A stretch of DNA of 64,000 nucleotides, taken from assembly GCA_965369655.1 (NCBI GenBank), contig CBDUQR010000008.1:1-64000 (forward strand), written 5' to 3'. Made by a program: the position numbers and the translations under genes. Source of the DNA: an uncultured bacterium. GTDB taxonomy: Bacteria > Zixibacteria > MSB-5A5 > JAABVY01 > JAHJOQ01. Position 1 is the first letter of the stretch; each line of letters begins with the position of its first letter. Below, one piece after another: positions 28,501 through 39,004 of the stretch. The notes below the pieces were generated by a model. The model had not been told where the DNA came from, did no database searches, and saw only the letters and a program-made list of their open reading frames with translations.

Positions 28501-28502
28501 CC

Positions 28503-29489
28503 TTACGGGACCTCGATTGTGTCGAAGATTTTCCTTACTATGTCTTCGGTAGCGAGTTCTTCGGCTTCCGCCTCGTAGGTGAGGATGATCCGGTGCCTGA
28601 GAACATCCATGCCGATAGTCTTGACATCCTCCGGCGTGATATATCCGCGTCCCCTGAGAAATGCGTGCGCGCGAGATGCAAGATTGAGGTAGATGGTTGC
28701 CCTCGGCGATGCGCCGTACTCCACGAGGTCCCCTATATCCAGACCAAACTTCGCAGGCTCGCGCGAGGCCATCACGATGTTCACGATGTATTCCTTGACC
28801 TTCTCATCCACATAGATCTCTGAAACCACCTTGCGCGCGTTCAGGATTTCTTCAGGCGAGACTACCGGTGACGCCGACGGCTTGACGATTCCTGTCATTC
28901 GGTCCATGATTTCAAGCTCTTCGTCACGATTCGGATATGTGATCTTCAGCTTCAGCATGAAGCGATCAACCTGCGCTTCCGGAAGAGGATACGTGCCCTC
29001 CTGCTCGATCGGATTCTGGGTCGCAAGGACCAGGAATGGTTCATCAAGCGGATAGGTCGTATCGCCGATCGTTACCTGTCTCTCCTGCATAGCTTCGAGC
29101 AACGCGCTCTGGACTTTCGCCGGCGCGCGATTGATCTCATCCGCAAGGATTATATTCGAAAAGATCGGTCCCTTCTTCGGATAGAACGTCCCCTCCTGGG
29201 GCGAGTAGACCAGAGTGCCGATCAGGTCGGCGGGCAGGAGATCGGGAGTGAACTGGATTCTCTGGAACTTGGTCTTTATTGCGTCGGACAGCGTCTGGAT
29301 CGAGAGTGTCTTTGCCAGCCCCGGAACACCCTCGAGGAGAATATGGCCGTCAGCCAGCAGACCGATCAACAGTCGCTCGACTAAGTAGTCCTGCCCAACG
29401 ATAACCTTCCTGATCTCGTTGGTGAGGCCTTCGATGAAAGCAGATTCCTGCTCTACTCTCTGTTGTATTTCTCTGATGTCCTGATCCAT
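28503..29489 (-). CDS. moxR: MoxR-family AAA+ ATPase
   Basis: EGVPGLAKT; RIQFTPDLLP; DEINRAPAKVQSALLE; EGTYPLPEAQ. Confidence 0.96.
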   Translation of the reverse strand: MDQDIREIQQRVEQESAFIEGLTNEIRKVIVGQDYLVERLLIGLLADGHILLEGVPGLAKTLSIQTLSDAIKTKFQRIQFTPDLLPADLIGTLVYSPQEGTFYPKKGPIFSNIILADEINRAPAKVQSALLEAMQERQVTIGDTTYPLDEPFLVLATQNPIEQEGTYPLPEAQVDRFMLKLKITYPNRDEELEIMDRMTGIVKPSASPVVSPEEILNARKVVSEIYVDEKVKEYIVNIVMASREPAKFGLDIGDLVEYGASPRATIYLNLASRAHAFLRGRGYITPEDVKTIGMDVLRHRIILTYEAEAEELATEDIVRKIFDTIEVP

Positions 29490-29535
29490 CGCACCTCCGT
29501 TAATGCTTCAGTATTGTCAATTCTACGCTGTGAAG

Positions 29536-30450
29536 TCAGTGATGTTCCGCGACTTGTCTCAATGAAATCAGCATATCGGTAACCTCTGATTCGCTCACCG
29601 GCAGCCCGCCGAACTTCAGGCTCTGATCCCATTCGAGAAGCTGCATGCACTTGTCCGACAATATCTTAGGCGCACTTGCTTCATTCATTGCTTCACGACA
29701 TATTTCCCGGTTCGATTCCTGCGGGCGGATTGCGTATTCGTTTTCGATATACTGCATAACTGTTGTGGTCAGCGCTGACTGCGCATCGGCAACGCGACCA
29801 TGAGCCAGCATGATTTCGACACGGTCAAGCGAGGCGAGCAGATCGACCCTCGCCACACCGGCAGTCTCTTCAGGGATGCGCACCGCCCTCCGTTTCCTCA
29901 ACCTCACATATATTAAAGTTGCGATTGATACAATCAGGATCAGGATGACAACCAGCGGTAGCAGGCTCTCCATGCCGACCTGACCGGGGCTGCCCGCAGA
30001 GACTTCGAGCGGTATCGAGGCTGAACCGAGGGTCGTGATGAGACCCGTCCGCGTATCGACATAATCGAGAGTAAGCACAGGGATCGAGAAACTGCCCTGC
30101 ACTGTCGGCCTGAAGTAATAGATCGTAGTCCTCATCACGGACGGCAGATCGGCATCCAGAGATCGCATGCTCGAACTGCCGGTCGATATCAGGTCGAAGC
30201 TCTCGATCACAAGAGTCGGGATTTCTGCTATATCGATGTCTGACTCTTCGCCGCGTATTGTCACCCTGAGTTCGACAATCAGAGTGTCATCGGTGGTCAG
30301 ATCGGTATCGAGAGCGCTTACATCGAAACTGACACCTTCTGGATGAACAGGATCACTGCTCTCTGATTCCTGTGGAGCAGTGTCGGCTGCGATGATTGCA
30401 TTAAAGGCTAACGCGATTGCGAGTATCACATGTAATGCGAGCTTTTTCAT
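29536..30450 (-). CDS. BatD-like membrane protein
   Basis: Signal peptide (MKKLALH...), Ig-like domain (RPTVQGSFSIP), TM helix. Confidence 0.65.
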   Translation of the reverse strand: MKKLALHVILAIALAFNAIIAADTAPQESESSDPVHPEGVSFDVSALDTDLTTDDTLIVELRVTIRGEESDIDIAEIPTLVIESFDLISTGSSSMRSLDADLPSVMRTTIYYFRPTVQGSFSIPVLTLDYVDTRTGLITTLGSASIPLEVSAGSPGQVGMESLLPLVVILILIVSIATLIYVRLRKRRAVRIPEETAGVARVDLLASLDRVEIMLAHGRVADAQSALTTTVMQYIENEYAIRPQESNREICREAMNEASAPKILSDKCMQLLEWDQSLKFGGLPVSESEVTDMLISLRQVAEHH

Positions 30451-30488
30451 GCTACTCAGATATGCATAGTCAGTGAAACGTGTCAAGA

Positions 30489-31346
30489 CTAAACTGTATA
30501 CCGTGCGATCAGCAGTGTCAGAAGCCCCGCGGGCATCAGCAGTTTCAGTCTCAACTGAAGCTTCGACGATGCAAGTTTGACAGACTCCGAGCGAATCGCA
30601 TCAACTGAGACAATAGTCATGGCTGACACAAACAGGATCGATGAAATAAGATAGCTGACCGACAATCCGAAAAACAGATATGCCGCGAACATCACGCCAG
30701 CGAGTACCGCGAATGGAATCATAGCCAACTTCATGCAGAATCCCGGGCCGTATTCAGTGGCAAGCGTAGTAGTGCCGACCGACGAATCGCCGGATATATC
30801 TTCGGCATCCTTTATCATCTCGCGTCCCAGATGGAACAGGAATCCAAACAATGCTCCAAGCAGCGCCAGCCTGATCTGCATCCATTCCCAATTGTTGCCC
30901 GCTGCCGCGGCGTACATAAAAGTCAACGCCGAGACAGACGCTACCCAAATGTTCGAGACTATCAGCAGGCGTTTACCGAATGCTGAATATGCGTACAGAA
31001 GTAATGCCGCTGTCGCCGCAATCAGCAAACACGTAACATTGACCAGCGCCGCCGATGCAAGCCCCAATACCACATGAATAGTCGCCGACACATATCCCTG
31101 CCTGACCGTCAATCTCCCCGACGCTATCAGCCTTCCCGGTTTGTCCAACCGGTCGGCAACGACATCGAAACAATCATTGATCGCGTTTCCGAACCCGGCG
31201 ATAAGTGCCGCGCCGAGAGATGCAAACGCCAGTGTCGCGGCATCAGGAATATCTCGCAGCAGGAAACCCGCCACGATTACTGTCACGCCTGCGATCAGAT
31301 TGTTGACCGGCCTGCCAAGCATTATCATATAGAATAGAGTACGCAT
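30489..31346 (-). CDS. UbiA-family prenyltransferase (DGGGP synthase-like)
   Basis: RPVN; NAINDCFDVVADRLDKPGR; REMIKDAEDISGD. Confidence 0.85.
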   Translation of the reverse strand: MRTLFYMIMLGRPVNNLIAGVTVIVAGFLLRDIPDAATLAFASLGAALIAGFGNAINDCFDVVADRLDKPGRLIASGRLTVRQGYVSATIHVVLGLASAALVNVTCLLIAATAALLLYAYSAFGKRLLIVSNIWVASVSALTFMYAAAAGNNWEWMQIRLALLGALFGFLFHLGREMIKDAEDISGDSSVGTTTLATEYGPGFCMKLAMIPFAVLAGVMFAAYLFFGLSVSYLISSILFVSAMTIVSVDAIRSESVKLASSKLQLRLKLLMPAGLLTLLIARYTV

Positions 31347-32989
31347 CAGAACCGGCTCTCCAGTCTCGCGTACAGCTTTCCATCCGAAAACCTGTCATTC
31401 CTGCCCCACGCAACGTCGAGAAGCAACCTTCCCGTCGGCAGGCGGAACTCGAATCCTGCGCCCGCACCTTCCCTGAATTCAGACCCGGAGTCCTGCTGCC
31501 TGAACCATGCCGCATCAGAGAACAGATGAAACGACGCTTCATCCGACATGTGAAGTTCGGGCTGCAGAATAGCCAGCGCATACCTGTCGCAGAAAAACTG
31601 ATCCTCCCTGTATCCGCGCAACCTTTCTGCGCCTCCCAACCGATAGAGGTCCGACTGCGGAATCATCCGTTCCTCGGTGACTATACCAGCAGCACTCGCT
31701 TTTGCGGAAATATGCAGGAGCTTCCCAAACGAAACGAGCATGTGATAGCCGCCTGTCAACCGCGTATCGCTGATCCTGGTGTCGGGCGGCTCGACCCCCG
31801 CGAACCGATATTGTTGCTTTATGCCGTAGGCGATGTCAAGCTCGACTGTCTGCCTGACTATCGAACCCGCAATCGTCAGGTCTGTACCAATCCCCCACCA
31901 GTACCTGCGTGAGTGGAACACACCCCTGAATTCAGAACCGAGCGGAGTGTAGCTGCTCCATCCTCCCGACATTCTCAGAGAGACCCGAGCGCCCTCGCGG
32001 TAGAAAAACCTCGACTCAATCGACAACTGTTGGAAGAGGCTGTCGTATTTCGACTGCTCTATCGCGAATTCCACCGAGACCGGTCTGTAAAACAAATACG
32101 GTTGATAATATCCGAAAGCGACCTCATGCGACAGCGGATCCTTCTTGTTGTACCGAATCGAGAACCGCCGGCCTCTCCCGAAAAGATTCTCGAACTGCAG
32201 CAGGGCATACCCTTTCACATAGGCGGACCGGTTGCCGACACTCGGCTGATATCCGAGACTTCCATCGAGAGAATTGGTCGGCAGTCGATCTACTCTGAAA
32301 ATCGGGACGCACCGAGTGTAGTCATCCCTGAAATCGAGGTGCACGCTGTCATGGACTCGTATGAAACGATGCGCCCTCATGATCCGGCGCGTTTCATCGA
32401 GCGCGGCATCGTTGAACGGTTCTCCGGGACTGACAGCCGACACCCGCGACAGGTAATCCGCGGTCCTGGCGTCAGTACCCTCGACCTTGCACGAGTCGAA
32501 CAGCGTGCGAGGTCCCGATGCGATCCTTGCAACGAAATAGACTGTACCGATACTATCCAGCGTCGTTTCCTCAATCGAAACCTGCGCAAACGGATTCCCG
32601 GATTCTGTATAGAACCGAAGAAGCTCGCGAGTGAATCGCTCGATGACAGCACCCGAAGCAGGCTTACCGGAGTACTCGGCCAGCAGTTCGTCAGTATCCG
32701 CCTGACTGTCCCCGATGACTGAGATCGATCCGATACGGTACCGTATTCCGGGAATCACCGCCAGCGTATCCGGTTCGATCAATTGAACACCAGCTTCCGG
32801 GTATGACTCGGACAGGAACAGATCGCGAACAGATTTCACACTCGCAGAATCGGAATCAGCAGCAAAAAACGCGCGGCAAATTTCGCCATTAGAAATATCG
32901 CAGTCCCCGGTAACCACCAGTTCGAGATCACCACAGAATCCGGCAGCATGCATGGTCAGTAGAATCATGATTGCCAGAGTGATCTTCAT
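31346..32989 (-). CDS. Omp85 (BamA/TamA-like) POTRA plus beta-barrel protein
   Basis: ENLFGRGR; LGGAERLRGY; C-terminal Phe. Start placed at ATG 32989 (overlaps the upstream stop). Confidence 0.85.
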   Translation of the reverse strand: MKITLAIMILLTMHAAGFCGDLELVVTGDCDISNGEICRAFFAADSDSASVKSVRDLFLSESYPEAGVQLIEPDTLAVIPGIRYRIGSISVIGDSQADTDELLAEYSGKPASGAVIERFTRELLRFYTESGNPFAQVSIEETTLDSIGTVYFVARIASGPRTLFDSCKVEGTDARTADYLSRVSAVSPGEPFNDAALDETRRIMRAHRFIRVHDSVHLDFRDDYTRCVPIFRVDRLPTNSLDGSLGYQPSVGNRSAYVKGYALLQFENLFGRGRRFSIRYNKKDPLSHEVAFGYYQPYLFYRPVSVEFAIEQSKYDSLFQQLSIESRFFYREGARVSLRMSGGWSSYTPLGSEFRGVFHSRRYWWGIGTDLTIAGSIVRQTVELDIAYGIKQQYRFAGVEPPDTRISDTRLTGGYHMLVSFGKLLHISAKASAAGIVTEERMIPQSDLYRLGGAERLRGYREDQFFCDRYALAILQPELHMSDEASFHLFSDAAWFRQQDSGSEFREGAGAGFEFRLPTGRLLLDVAWGRNDRFSDGKLYARLESRF

Positions 32990-35900
32990 CAGAACCTCGC
33001 TCTGACTGTGACGGATGAAACGTGCCTCGTATCGACCGATGGAATCTTCTCTCCATCGTACGACAGCCTCGCGCTCATGCTCTTGCTGAACCTGAGTTCC
33101 GCGCTCAGTCCCCACTGGTAGTTCTCGCCAACGCGTTTTCCATCGGCATACTGAAACGGGACGAAAGCGTTACCGACCGAGACAGACACATTTTGATAGG
33201 CGAATCGCGCGCCCACACGTCCTCTGGAGGGAAACCGTCTCCAGATTTCGGCGCCAGCTTCGAGCAGAGTCACCTCAAGGTTACCGTCACGACTGATATC
33301 CAGAAGATAGCGAGGTTTGAGAACAAGCTCAGTCGTGACAGTCAGATTGTGTCGCAGCACACATTTCGCCTGATGTTCATCGAATCGTGCATCACCCAGA
33401 GACTGGTTGCTCTGCGACATGCCTCGATATCGATATTCGAGCGTGAGGAGATCGCGGGGAGTCAGCTTCGCCTCGGCGCGATTCAAGATCGACAGCTTGT
33501 AGTCGCTGGAGGCTGGTCTTTGCTGCGGCCTCTCCAGTTGAATCTCATCAATCGTGAACAGGAATGAAAGCTGATCACTTGCCTTAGCGCGGGCCGACAG
33601 CCGCAGGCTCCTGTCGAGCCAACTGCGAGTACCAGAAAACAAACTCACATGAGGAACAAGCCAGACGATGCTAAACTGTTCGGATTCACCACCCTGTTCA
33701 TTGCTTCTTGCGCGTGCCTCTAATGTCAGCCGCTTCAGAAATGCCAGAGATGCCGGACACGATTTCCACTTGTTGAAGCGAGCGAACAGCGTAGCCCCTC
33801 GCTGCATCCTGACGCCGACATTCTCAGCCCCCGAGAACTCGACCACTCGAATGTAATCCCCAAAGGGATCGGGCACATAGATGTCATCCTCTAACCTGTA
33901 CTCACCCTGCCCCTCGCCGACGCGGAGAAATGTCTCGGCTGTCCGGTCAACGCCCTCCCTGCTCAACCTGTAGTTGACAGACATCTCCACCAAGCTGCTG
34001 GAACTGCCTGCGCTGTAATCGAGCGATGTCGTCAACTGAGACTGCTCGAACTTAGTCGGGATAAAATAATGCACTCTTCGATGCCGCACACTCAACCTCA
34101 CGTCGGAGGATTTGAATCCACCGCCACCCTGATACCGCGCCTCGATTTCACGAGCATCGAACTCGCGCTCGAACACGCCGGTCAGTGCTTCGCGATTCTC
34201 GTATGACAACCGTGTCTCGAATCCTCGGAATCCGCAGGCACCCGAATAGCGGTCGAATCGCCTCCCCCGTGTGAACGAATCGTACGCCCGCAGGTCAGTT
34301 TCGTCGTTCCATTCGAATGACGTCTTGATGCCGGATTTCATCCAATTGAGCGAAATCATATCTTCATATAGGCGAGAATTGCCGTAAGGCCAGGACCTCT
34401 CGGAATTGCGATCGGTGCGCGTGACACGACCGCTAAGTTCAGGTGTCGGACTTAATGTAAGATCGTATGAATACCTGAAAGCACTTGGGGAATGCATCAA
34501 GTTGTAGAAGCCACAGTCAGCCTGAAGCTCGGTTATCTTACTTATACGAAATGTCTCAGTTAGTGATAGCTGCAACACTTCTCCTGATACCGAGTCAGTG
34601 AGAATTCCCCAGTAGCGATTACGCTCAACACGATCAGATCGTCCCGGGAAAAAGAATTTCTCATCCTGAAGCCTGGCGTTGAATCCGATATTGAGATACA
34701 CCTGTTTCGCGTTCCGCCCAAACGGAGTCAGGTTGAATCCGCCGGAAATATCCATGCCATCATTGTCGTCGTCATCGAGTTCGGACAGAAGATTGCGATC
34801 ATGCTTTGTAGCAGTGCCATCGAACCTGAGACGAATGTGATCATCGCTGACGGACGTTGACAGCGACAGTGCGGACGCGCTCTCCGGTAGCGGGATTCTC
34901 ACTACCGGCAAGTATTCCCCGCCGCCCTGCGCGACATATTCGTAGACGCCTCCACCGAGATAACGGTAGTCGCCGTTTCCCGGACCCATGTATGAGAACG
35001 AGACGCGGTAATCGCCGTTTCCCGTGCCTGCGAATGTATAGATCGTGTCTGAGCCTGTGACCTCAAGAGAATAGTCTCCCTGTCCGGAGTCAGCTTTCAC
35101 CACACCCGACTTCAGAGCCTTCATTGCGTGATCTCCGGCAGCACTTAGCACGTTGATGTCGTCAGGCGACAGATCGAACTGCGCCGGATCATCCTCCGAG
35201 TCAGCCTGTCTCAGGAAATCAATCCTTGCGAAAAGTTGTGATGCGCTGTCACCGTATGCCGCTCCTCCCGCGAAGAAATCCTGCCTGTAGTCCTCGTCGA
35301 GGTATTCGAAATCAGCTTCAATCCTTGTTCTGCTCGTGACGGTTATGGCAGGCGAAAAGGTTATCTCGCCGAGAAGGTAATCGATCTCATAGTCGGCATC
35401 CGCGCCCCTGGCGAGCGGACGACCATCCAGCCAGACTCGATCAGTCGATGGTAAGATCGAGACCGACGACTGCCCGACATCCGGCAGCAACCTGTATGGT
35501 CCAGACACCCCGTCACGACCGAAAATCTTTTTCGTGGCATGTTTTGACTTGATACCTCCGAGCGTCGCATCGGCTCCGACCTTGCCGGCACTTACCTGTG
35601 CGCTCGCCCCCTTGAGGGCTTTCTTCAACCGCCCGTGCGCGCCCATGCGTCTGTCAAAATCGACGTCACCGACGCTGGCGCTGAACCTGTCCGACGATAA
35701 TTTCAGGGCGACCTTGTCAATCTCGCCAATCGACGTCGATATGCCGCCCACCTCAGGAGCAGCCTGATCTGACAGGACTCCGCTGACCCGCAGATTCTCA
35801 GTCAGGTAACCCTCGATCTGCACATTGAGCGTCTGTTTCAATTCGAGATCTGTTCCGCTTCCGGCTGTGATACCGAAAGACTTGCTCCCGAATATCCGCA

Positions 35901-36312
35901 GCGACGATGAACCGGAATTCGTCACCGGCAGTCGCTGGGTCGACTCGTAACTCGGCGCATTTCCGATCATACTCCGTGACTTTATAGCTCCCAGCTTTCT
36001 CCTGAAATAGTACGACGGTATGTCCACCCAGAAACGGCTGTACTCGACTGTGATAACCACTGGGGCTACCAACTCGCGGTTGATCTTAAGAGCGCCGGAA
36101 CCAGCGTCGAGAACGTAATCATCGCCACCGGCAATCTCTCCGTCGATCTCTACGCGCAATGTGTTGCTGATGATATTGTGGTTGCTCAGCCTTATGACGC
36201 CGGGAGACTCATCGAAACGAAATTCTTCCCGTATGATCGGGAGTTCACCATATAGAAAATCTGCGGAGAAAAGCAGGATTAAAACGATAAGAAAGCCTGA
36301 ACGACGCATCAC
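32989..36312 (-). CDS. Large outer-membrane beta-barrel protein (1107 aa), function unknown
   Basis: Signal peptide; amphipathic strands; C-terminal RARF; DYEIDYLLGEITF motif. Confidence 0.7.
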   Translation of the reverse strand: MMRRSGFLIVLILLFSADFLYGELPIIREEFRFDESPGVIRLSNHNIISNTLRVEIDGEIAGGDDYVLDAGSGALKINRELVAPVVITVEYSRFWVDIPSYYFRRKLGAIKSRSMIGNAPSYESTQRLPVTNSGSSSLRIFGSKSFGITAGSGTDLELKQTLNVQIEGYLTENLRVSGVLSDQAAPEVGGISTSIGEIDKVALKLSSDRFSASVGDVDFDRRMGAHGRLKKALKGASAQVSAGKVGADATLGGIKSKHATKKIFGRDGVSGPYRLLPDVGQSSVSILPSTDRVWLDGRPLARGADADYEIDYLLGEITFSPAITVTSRTRIEADFEYLDEDYRQDFFAGGAAYGDSASQLFARIDFLRQADSEDDPAQFDLSPDDINVLSAAGDHAMKALKSGVVKADSGQGDYSLEVTGSDTIYTFAGTGNGDYRVSFSYMGPGNGDYRYLGGGVYEYVAQGGGEYLPVVRIPLPESASALSLSTSVSDDHIRLRFDGTATKHDRNLLSELDDDDNDGMDISGGFNLTPFGRNAKQVYLNIGFNARLQDEKFFFPGRSDRVERNRYWGILTDSVSGEVLQLSLTETFRISKITELQADCGFYNLMHSPSAFRYSYDLTLSPTPELSGRVTRTDRNSERSWPYGNSRLYEDMISLNWMKSGIKTSFEWNDETDLRAYDSFTRGRRFDRYSGACGFRGFETRLSYENREALTGVFEREFDAREIEARYQGGGGFKSSDVRLSVRHRRVHYFIPTKFEQSQLTTSLDYSAGSSSSLVEMSVNYRLSREGVDRTAETFLRVGEGQGEYRLEDDIYVPDPFGDYIRVVEFSGAENVGVRMQRGATLFARFNKWKSCPASLAFLKRLTLEARARSNEQGGESEQFSIVWLVPHVSLFSGTRSWLDRSLRLSARAKASDQLSFLFTIDEIQLERPQQRPASSDYKLSILNRAEAKLTPRDLLTLEYRYRGMSQSNQSLGDARFDEHQAKCVLRHNLTVTTELVLKPRYLLDISRDGNLEVTLLEAGAEIWRRFPSRGRVGARFAYQNVSVSVGNAFVPFQYADGKRVGENYQWGLSAELRFSKSMSARLSYDGEKIPSVDTRHVSSVTVRARF

Positions 36313-37280
36313 TCAGGGATTGCCGGGCGAAACACCGCCACCTTGTCGGCCCCCTGATCCGACACATATATCCAGCCATTGTCACCGACGCAGACAGAAT
36401 GAGCGCGCATAAACTGATACAGCCCCCGTCCGGTCGATCCAAACGAGTATATCGCCTTGCCGTCTGAGGAGAAAACCGATATGCTGTTTCTCTTTTGGTC
36501 GACTGCGTAAATTCTGTCGGAGCGGTCAATCCAGATTCCGATCAGGTCTGACAATTCGCCATCGAGAAGCGACCTGACATAACCATCATAGCTGTCGAAC
36601 ACAATTAAGTTTCCCTCCTCCCGATTGACCACGTACAGATTGTCCCTGCTGTCGAATGCCATCGTTCCCGGATCGAGGAATCCTCCAAGCTCGGTCAACT
36701 CTGACAGCAGGTTGAACCCGGAGTCGAATCTGATCACTCGACTGTTCTCAGGATCCGAGACATAGATGTCACCGAAAGAGTTGACCGCAATGCTGCCGCC
36801 TCTTCCTATCGGGTATTCGAGCGACAAATCTCCCAGGTCTGTGCTTGAAAGCCAATTCAGGTCGTAGTCAAGGCGGACGATCCTGTCGTTTGAGCTGTCG
36901 AAAAGATAGAAATTAACTCTGTCCGAAGTTCCGAGCGATGTTGGCGAATTGAACTTGTCTCTCGTGAAACCGAATCCGCCTGTCTCCGTGAGGAATGTCC
37001 CGTCAGGTTTGACCTTGACGAGCCTGTTGTTACCCGTATCACATATTATCAGGTTCCCCGAAGGATCGAGCGATAGGGCACCGGGGCGAGACAATGCGCG
37101 AGTACCGAGCTTGCCTTGGATGTCGTTGACATGCACATATCCTGTGATCACACTGGATTGAGATTCGCGCATATCCCCCAATCGCTTTGCTCCACACGAC
37201 AGCGCGCAGGATACAATACAGATCGAAATCACTATCGTAAACGATCGCTGCAACATCTTTGATGCAAGTCTACGGATCAT
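36309..37280 (-). CDS. NHL-repeat beta-propeller, probable lipoprotein
   Basis: Lipobox-like ALSC; repeats GNLIICDTGNNR, GDIYVSD, GWIYVSD. Confidence 0.85.
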   Translation of the reverse strand: MIRRLASKMLQRSFTIVISICIVSCALSCGAKRLGDMRESQSSVITGYVHVNDIQGKLGTRALSRPGALSLDPSGNLIICDTGNNRLVKVKPDGTFLTETGGFGFTRDKFNSPTSLGTSDRVNFYLFDSSNDRIVRLDYDLNWLSSTDLGDLSLEYPIGRGGSIAVNSFGDIYVSDPENSRVIRFDSGFNLLSELTELGGFLDPGTMAFDSRDNLYVVNREEGNLIVFDSYDGYVRSLLDGELSDLIGIWIDRSDRIYAVDQKRNSISVFSSDGKAIYSFGSTGRGLYQFMRAHSVCVGDNGWIYVSDQGADKVAVFRPAIPE

Positions 37281-37339
37281 AGAACTAATATGAGAGCGAT
37301 CCCGATCGTGTGCAATAAGAATATCAGAGAAGACCGGCC

Positions 37340-38131
37340 TCAGAAACTGCGGTTGAATGAAAGTCGAATCTCCGGAGAATCACCGAGGCTATACGGCCCG
37401 ACCTCGAACTTGAAATTGGAGAACTCGTCGAGGAGTTGGCGATTGTGTCCTTTCGCGCTCCGCCATGCGAAGAAAGCGGATACCGCCCTGTTTATGGCTG
37501 CCGCCGCGAGCGCGAACCTGGCGACGCGATAGTATGACTTCGAATCATTCTTCAACTCGCGGTACGCTTGTTTATCCGTATCGCTTTGCCATTGCCAGTC
37601 CCACGCAGCCGTTTCCGGATAAAATGGATTGCTTGGTGTATAGACTCGCGAGAACCTGTTGTATTCATCTCTACTGTCGTGAAATCCGACCATATCCCAG
37701 AATGCGTCATCTTTCCCGGTCGGGTCGACACTTGCGTTTACCACGGCGTATTCGATGTAGTCGTCCTTTTTCCACTTTCCGAGATGTCTGTGGAGAATGA
37801 ACGTTGACCAGATACCGACCTCAGCAGTCAGAAAACTCGCAGCCCTTGTCCGTGAATCGCCAACATATATCTCACCGAGACCGGGGAGCAGCAGCGAGTA
37901 GAGCATTGCTCTGGATCTTGACTTGTAGCCCTCAGGTCTCTGCGCGACCGGGGAAAGACCGGGCGAGACTCCCCATTCGTCTCCGCCTGCCTGAGCAAGA
38001 TTGAACGGCGTCTGCGCCGAGAAGAAATATGTATTCGAGACAGCATCAACAGTGTCGGCATAGCTTGCAGGCAAATCAACCAGGAGCAGGGCCATGAACG
38101 TTAGAAAGGTTGCGAAAACTGATCTTGACAT
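37340..38131 (-). CDS. Hypothetical outer-membrane protein (SLLLPGLGE motif)
   Basis: Signal peptide; RAMLYSLLLPGLGEIY; C-terminal Phe. Confidence 0.7.
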   Translation of the reverse strand: MSRSVFATFLTFMALLLVDLPASYADTVDAVSNTYFFSAQTPFNLAQAGGDEWGVSPGLSPVAQRPEGYKSRSRAMLYSLLLPGLGEIYVGDSRTRAASFLTAEVGIWSTFILHRHLGKWKKDDYIEYAVVNASVDPTGKDDAFWDMVGFHDSRDEYNRFSRVYTPSNPFYPETAAWDWQWQSDTDKQAYRELKNDSKSYYRVARFALAAAAINRAVSAFFAWRSAKGHNRQLLDEFSNFKFEVGPYSLGDSPEIRLSFNRSF

Positions 38132-38148
38132 GCCATTCCTCTCGCGCT

Positions 38149-38982
38149 CTAATAGAACTTGTAAGTGAACGTCACCTGCGGAATCCGCTCGCCGTCTCGT
38201 TCTGCAAGCCTTGCCTTGACATTGACCTGAGAAAACGTGCTCTTCCTGCTATTAAATCTCTTGGCCGACAGGGCAGCGTCGAGTGCGGACAGCACATGAT
38301 TCGCGACGGAGAGCATCGCCCATGTTCTGGCTGTTTCGAACTTGTTGTTGGAATCGCCGCGCATGCCCAGATACTGCTGTCTTCGGGATGAACTCTCACT
38401 GGATCTGTCGACGTCGTCCCAGCCGAACACAAACTGATCCCACTTGCCAATCATCTCGTAGTACTGCTGTGTCTTTTCGCTCGGCAGATTGTGCGTGAAA
38501 CCTGTATCGAGAGGAGTATTTTCCGTCTCGACCAGCCAGATCGTATACCTGTCTTTGGACCAGTACTGATCAGCAAACTCCTCGAATTCTGTTTCCTTAT
38601 CCTGCCCGGTCGAATGATTCAAATAGTATTGAGACCAGCTCAGAATATCTATCGTGAAGAATAGGCCCGCCTTCCACTTTGAGCCGACATAGTACTCGCC
38701 GAGTCCCGGTACGAGGAACGAATAGATGAACGCCTTGCTCACGGAACGGTGTTCATATTCGTATATGTCGCTGTCAAAGAACGGAAAATCATTATAGTCG
38801 CTCGCGTCAGCCAGAGTCATCGGATCGACATCATTCAGCGTACTCAGCTTCTGCAGATACGCCCCCTGATCGGCCTGCAGCAACTCTCCGATACCGTAGT
38901 CGCGTCCATCGGACTGAGATGAGCCGAAAACCGCTGCTGTCAAAAGCGTCAGAGTAATCAATATTGTCGGGATGATACGCAT
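38149..38982 (-). CDS. Hypothetical outer-membrane protein, paralog of the adjacent gene
   Basis: KAFIYSFLVPGLGEYY; QQYYEMIGKW; aromatic C-terminus. Confidence 0.7.
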   Translation of the reverse strand: MRIIPTILITLTLLTAAVFGSSQSDGRDYGIGELLQADQGAYLQKLSTLNDVDPMTLADASDYNDFPFFDSDIYEYEHRSVSKAFIYSFLVPGLGEYYVGSKWKAGLFFTIDILSWSQYYLNHSTGQDKETEFEEFADQYWSKDRYTIWLVETENTPLDTGFTHNLPSEKTQQYYEMIGKWDQFVFGWDDVDRSSESSSRRQQYLGMRGDSNNKFETARTWAMLSVANHVLSALDAALSAKRFNSRKSTFSQVNVKARLAERDGERIPQVTFTYKFY

Positions 38983-39004
38983 CTATTGCTCCTCCTGTCG
39001 ACGG

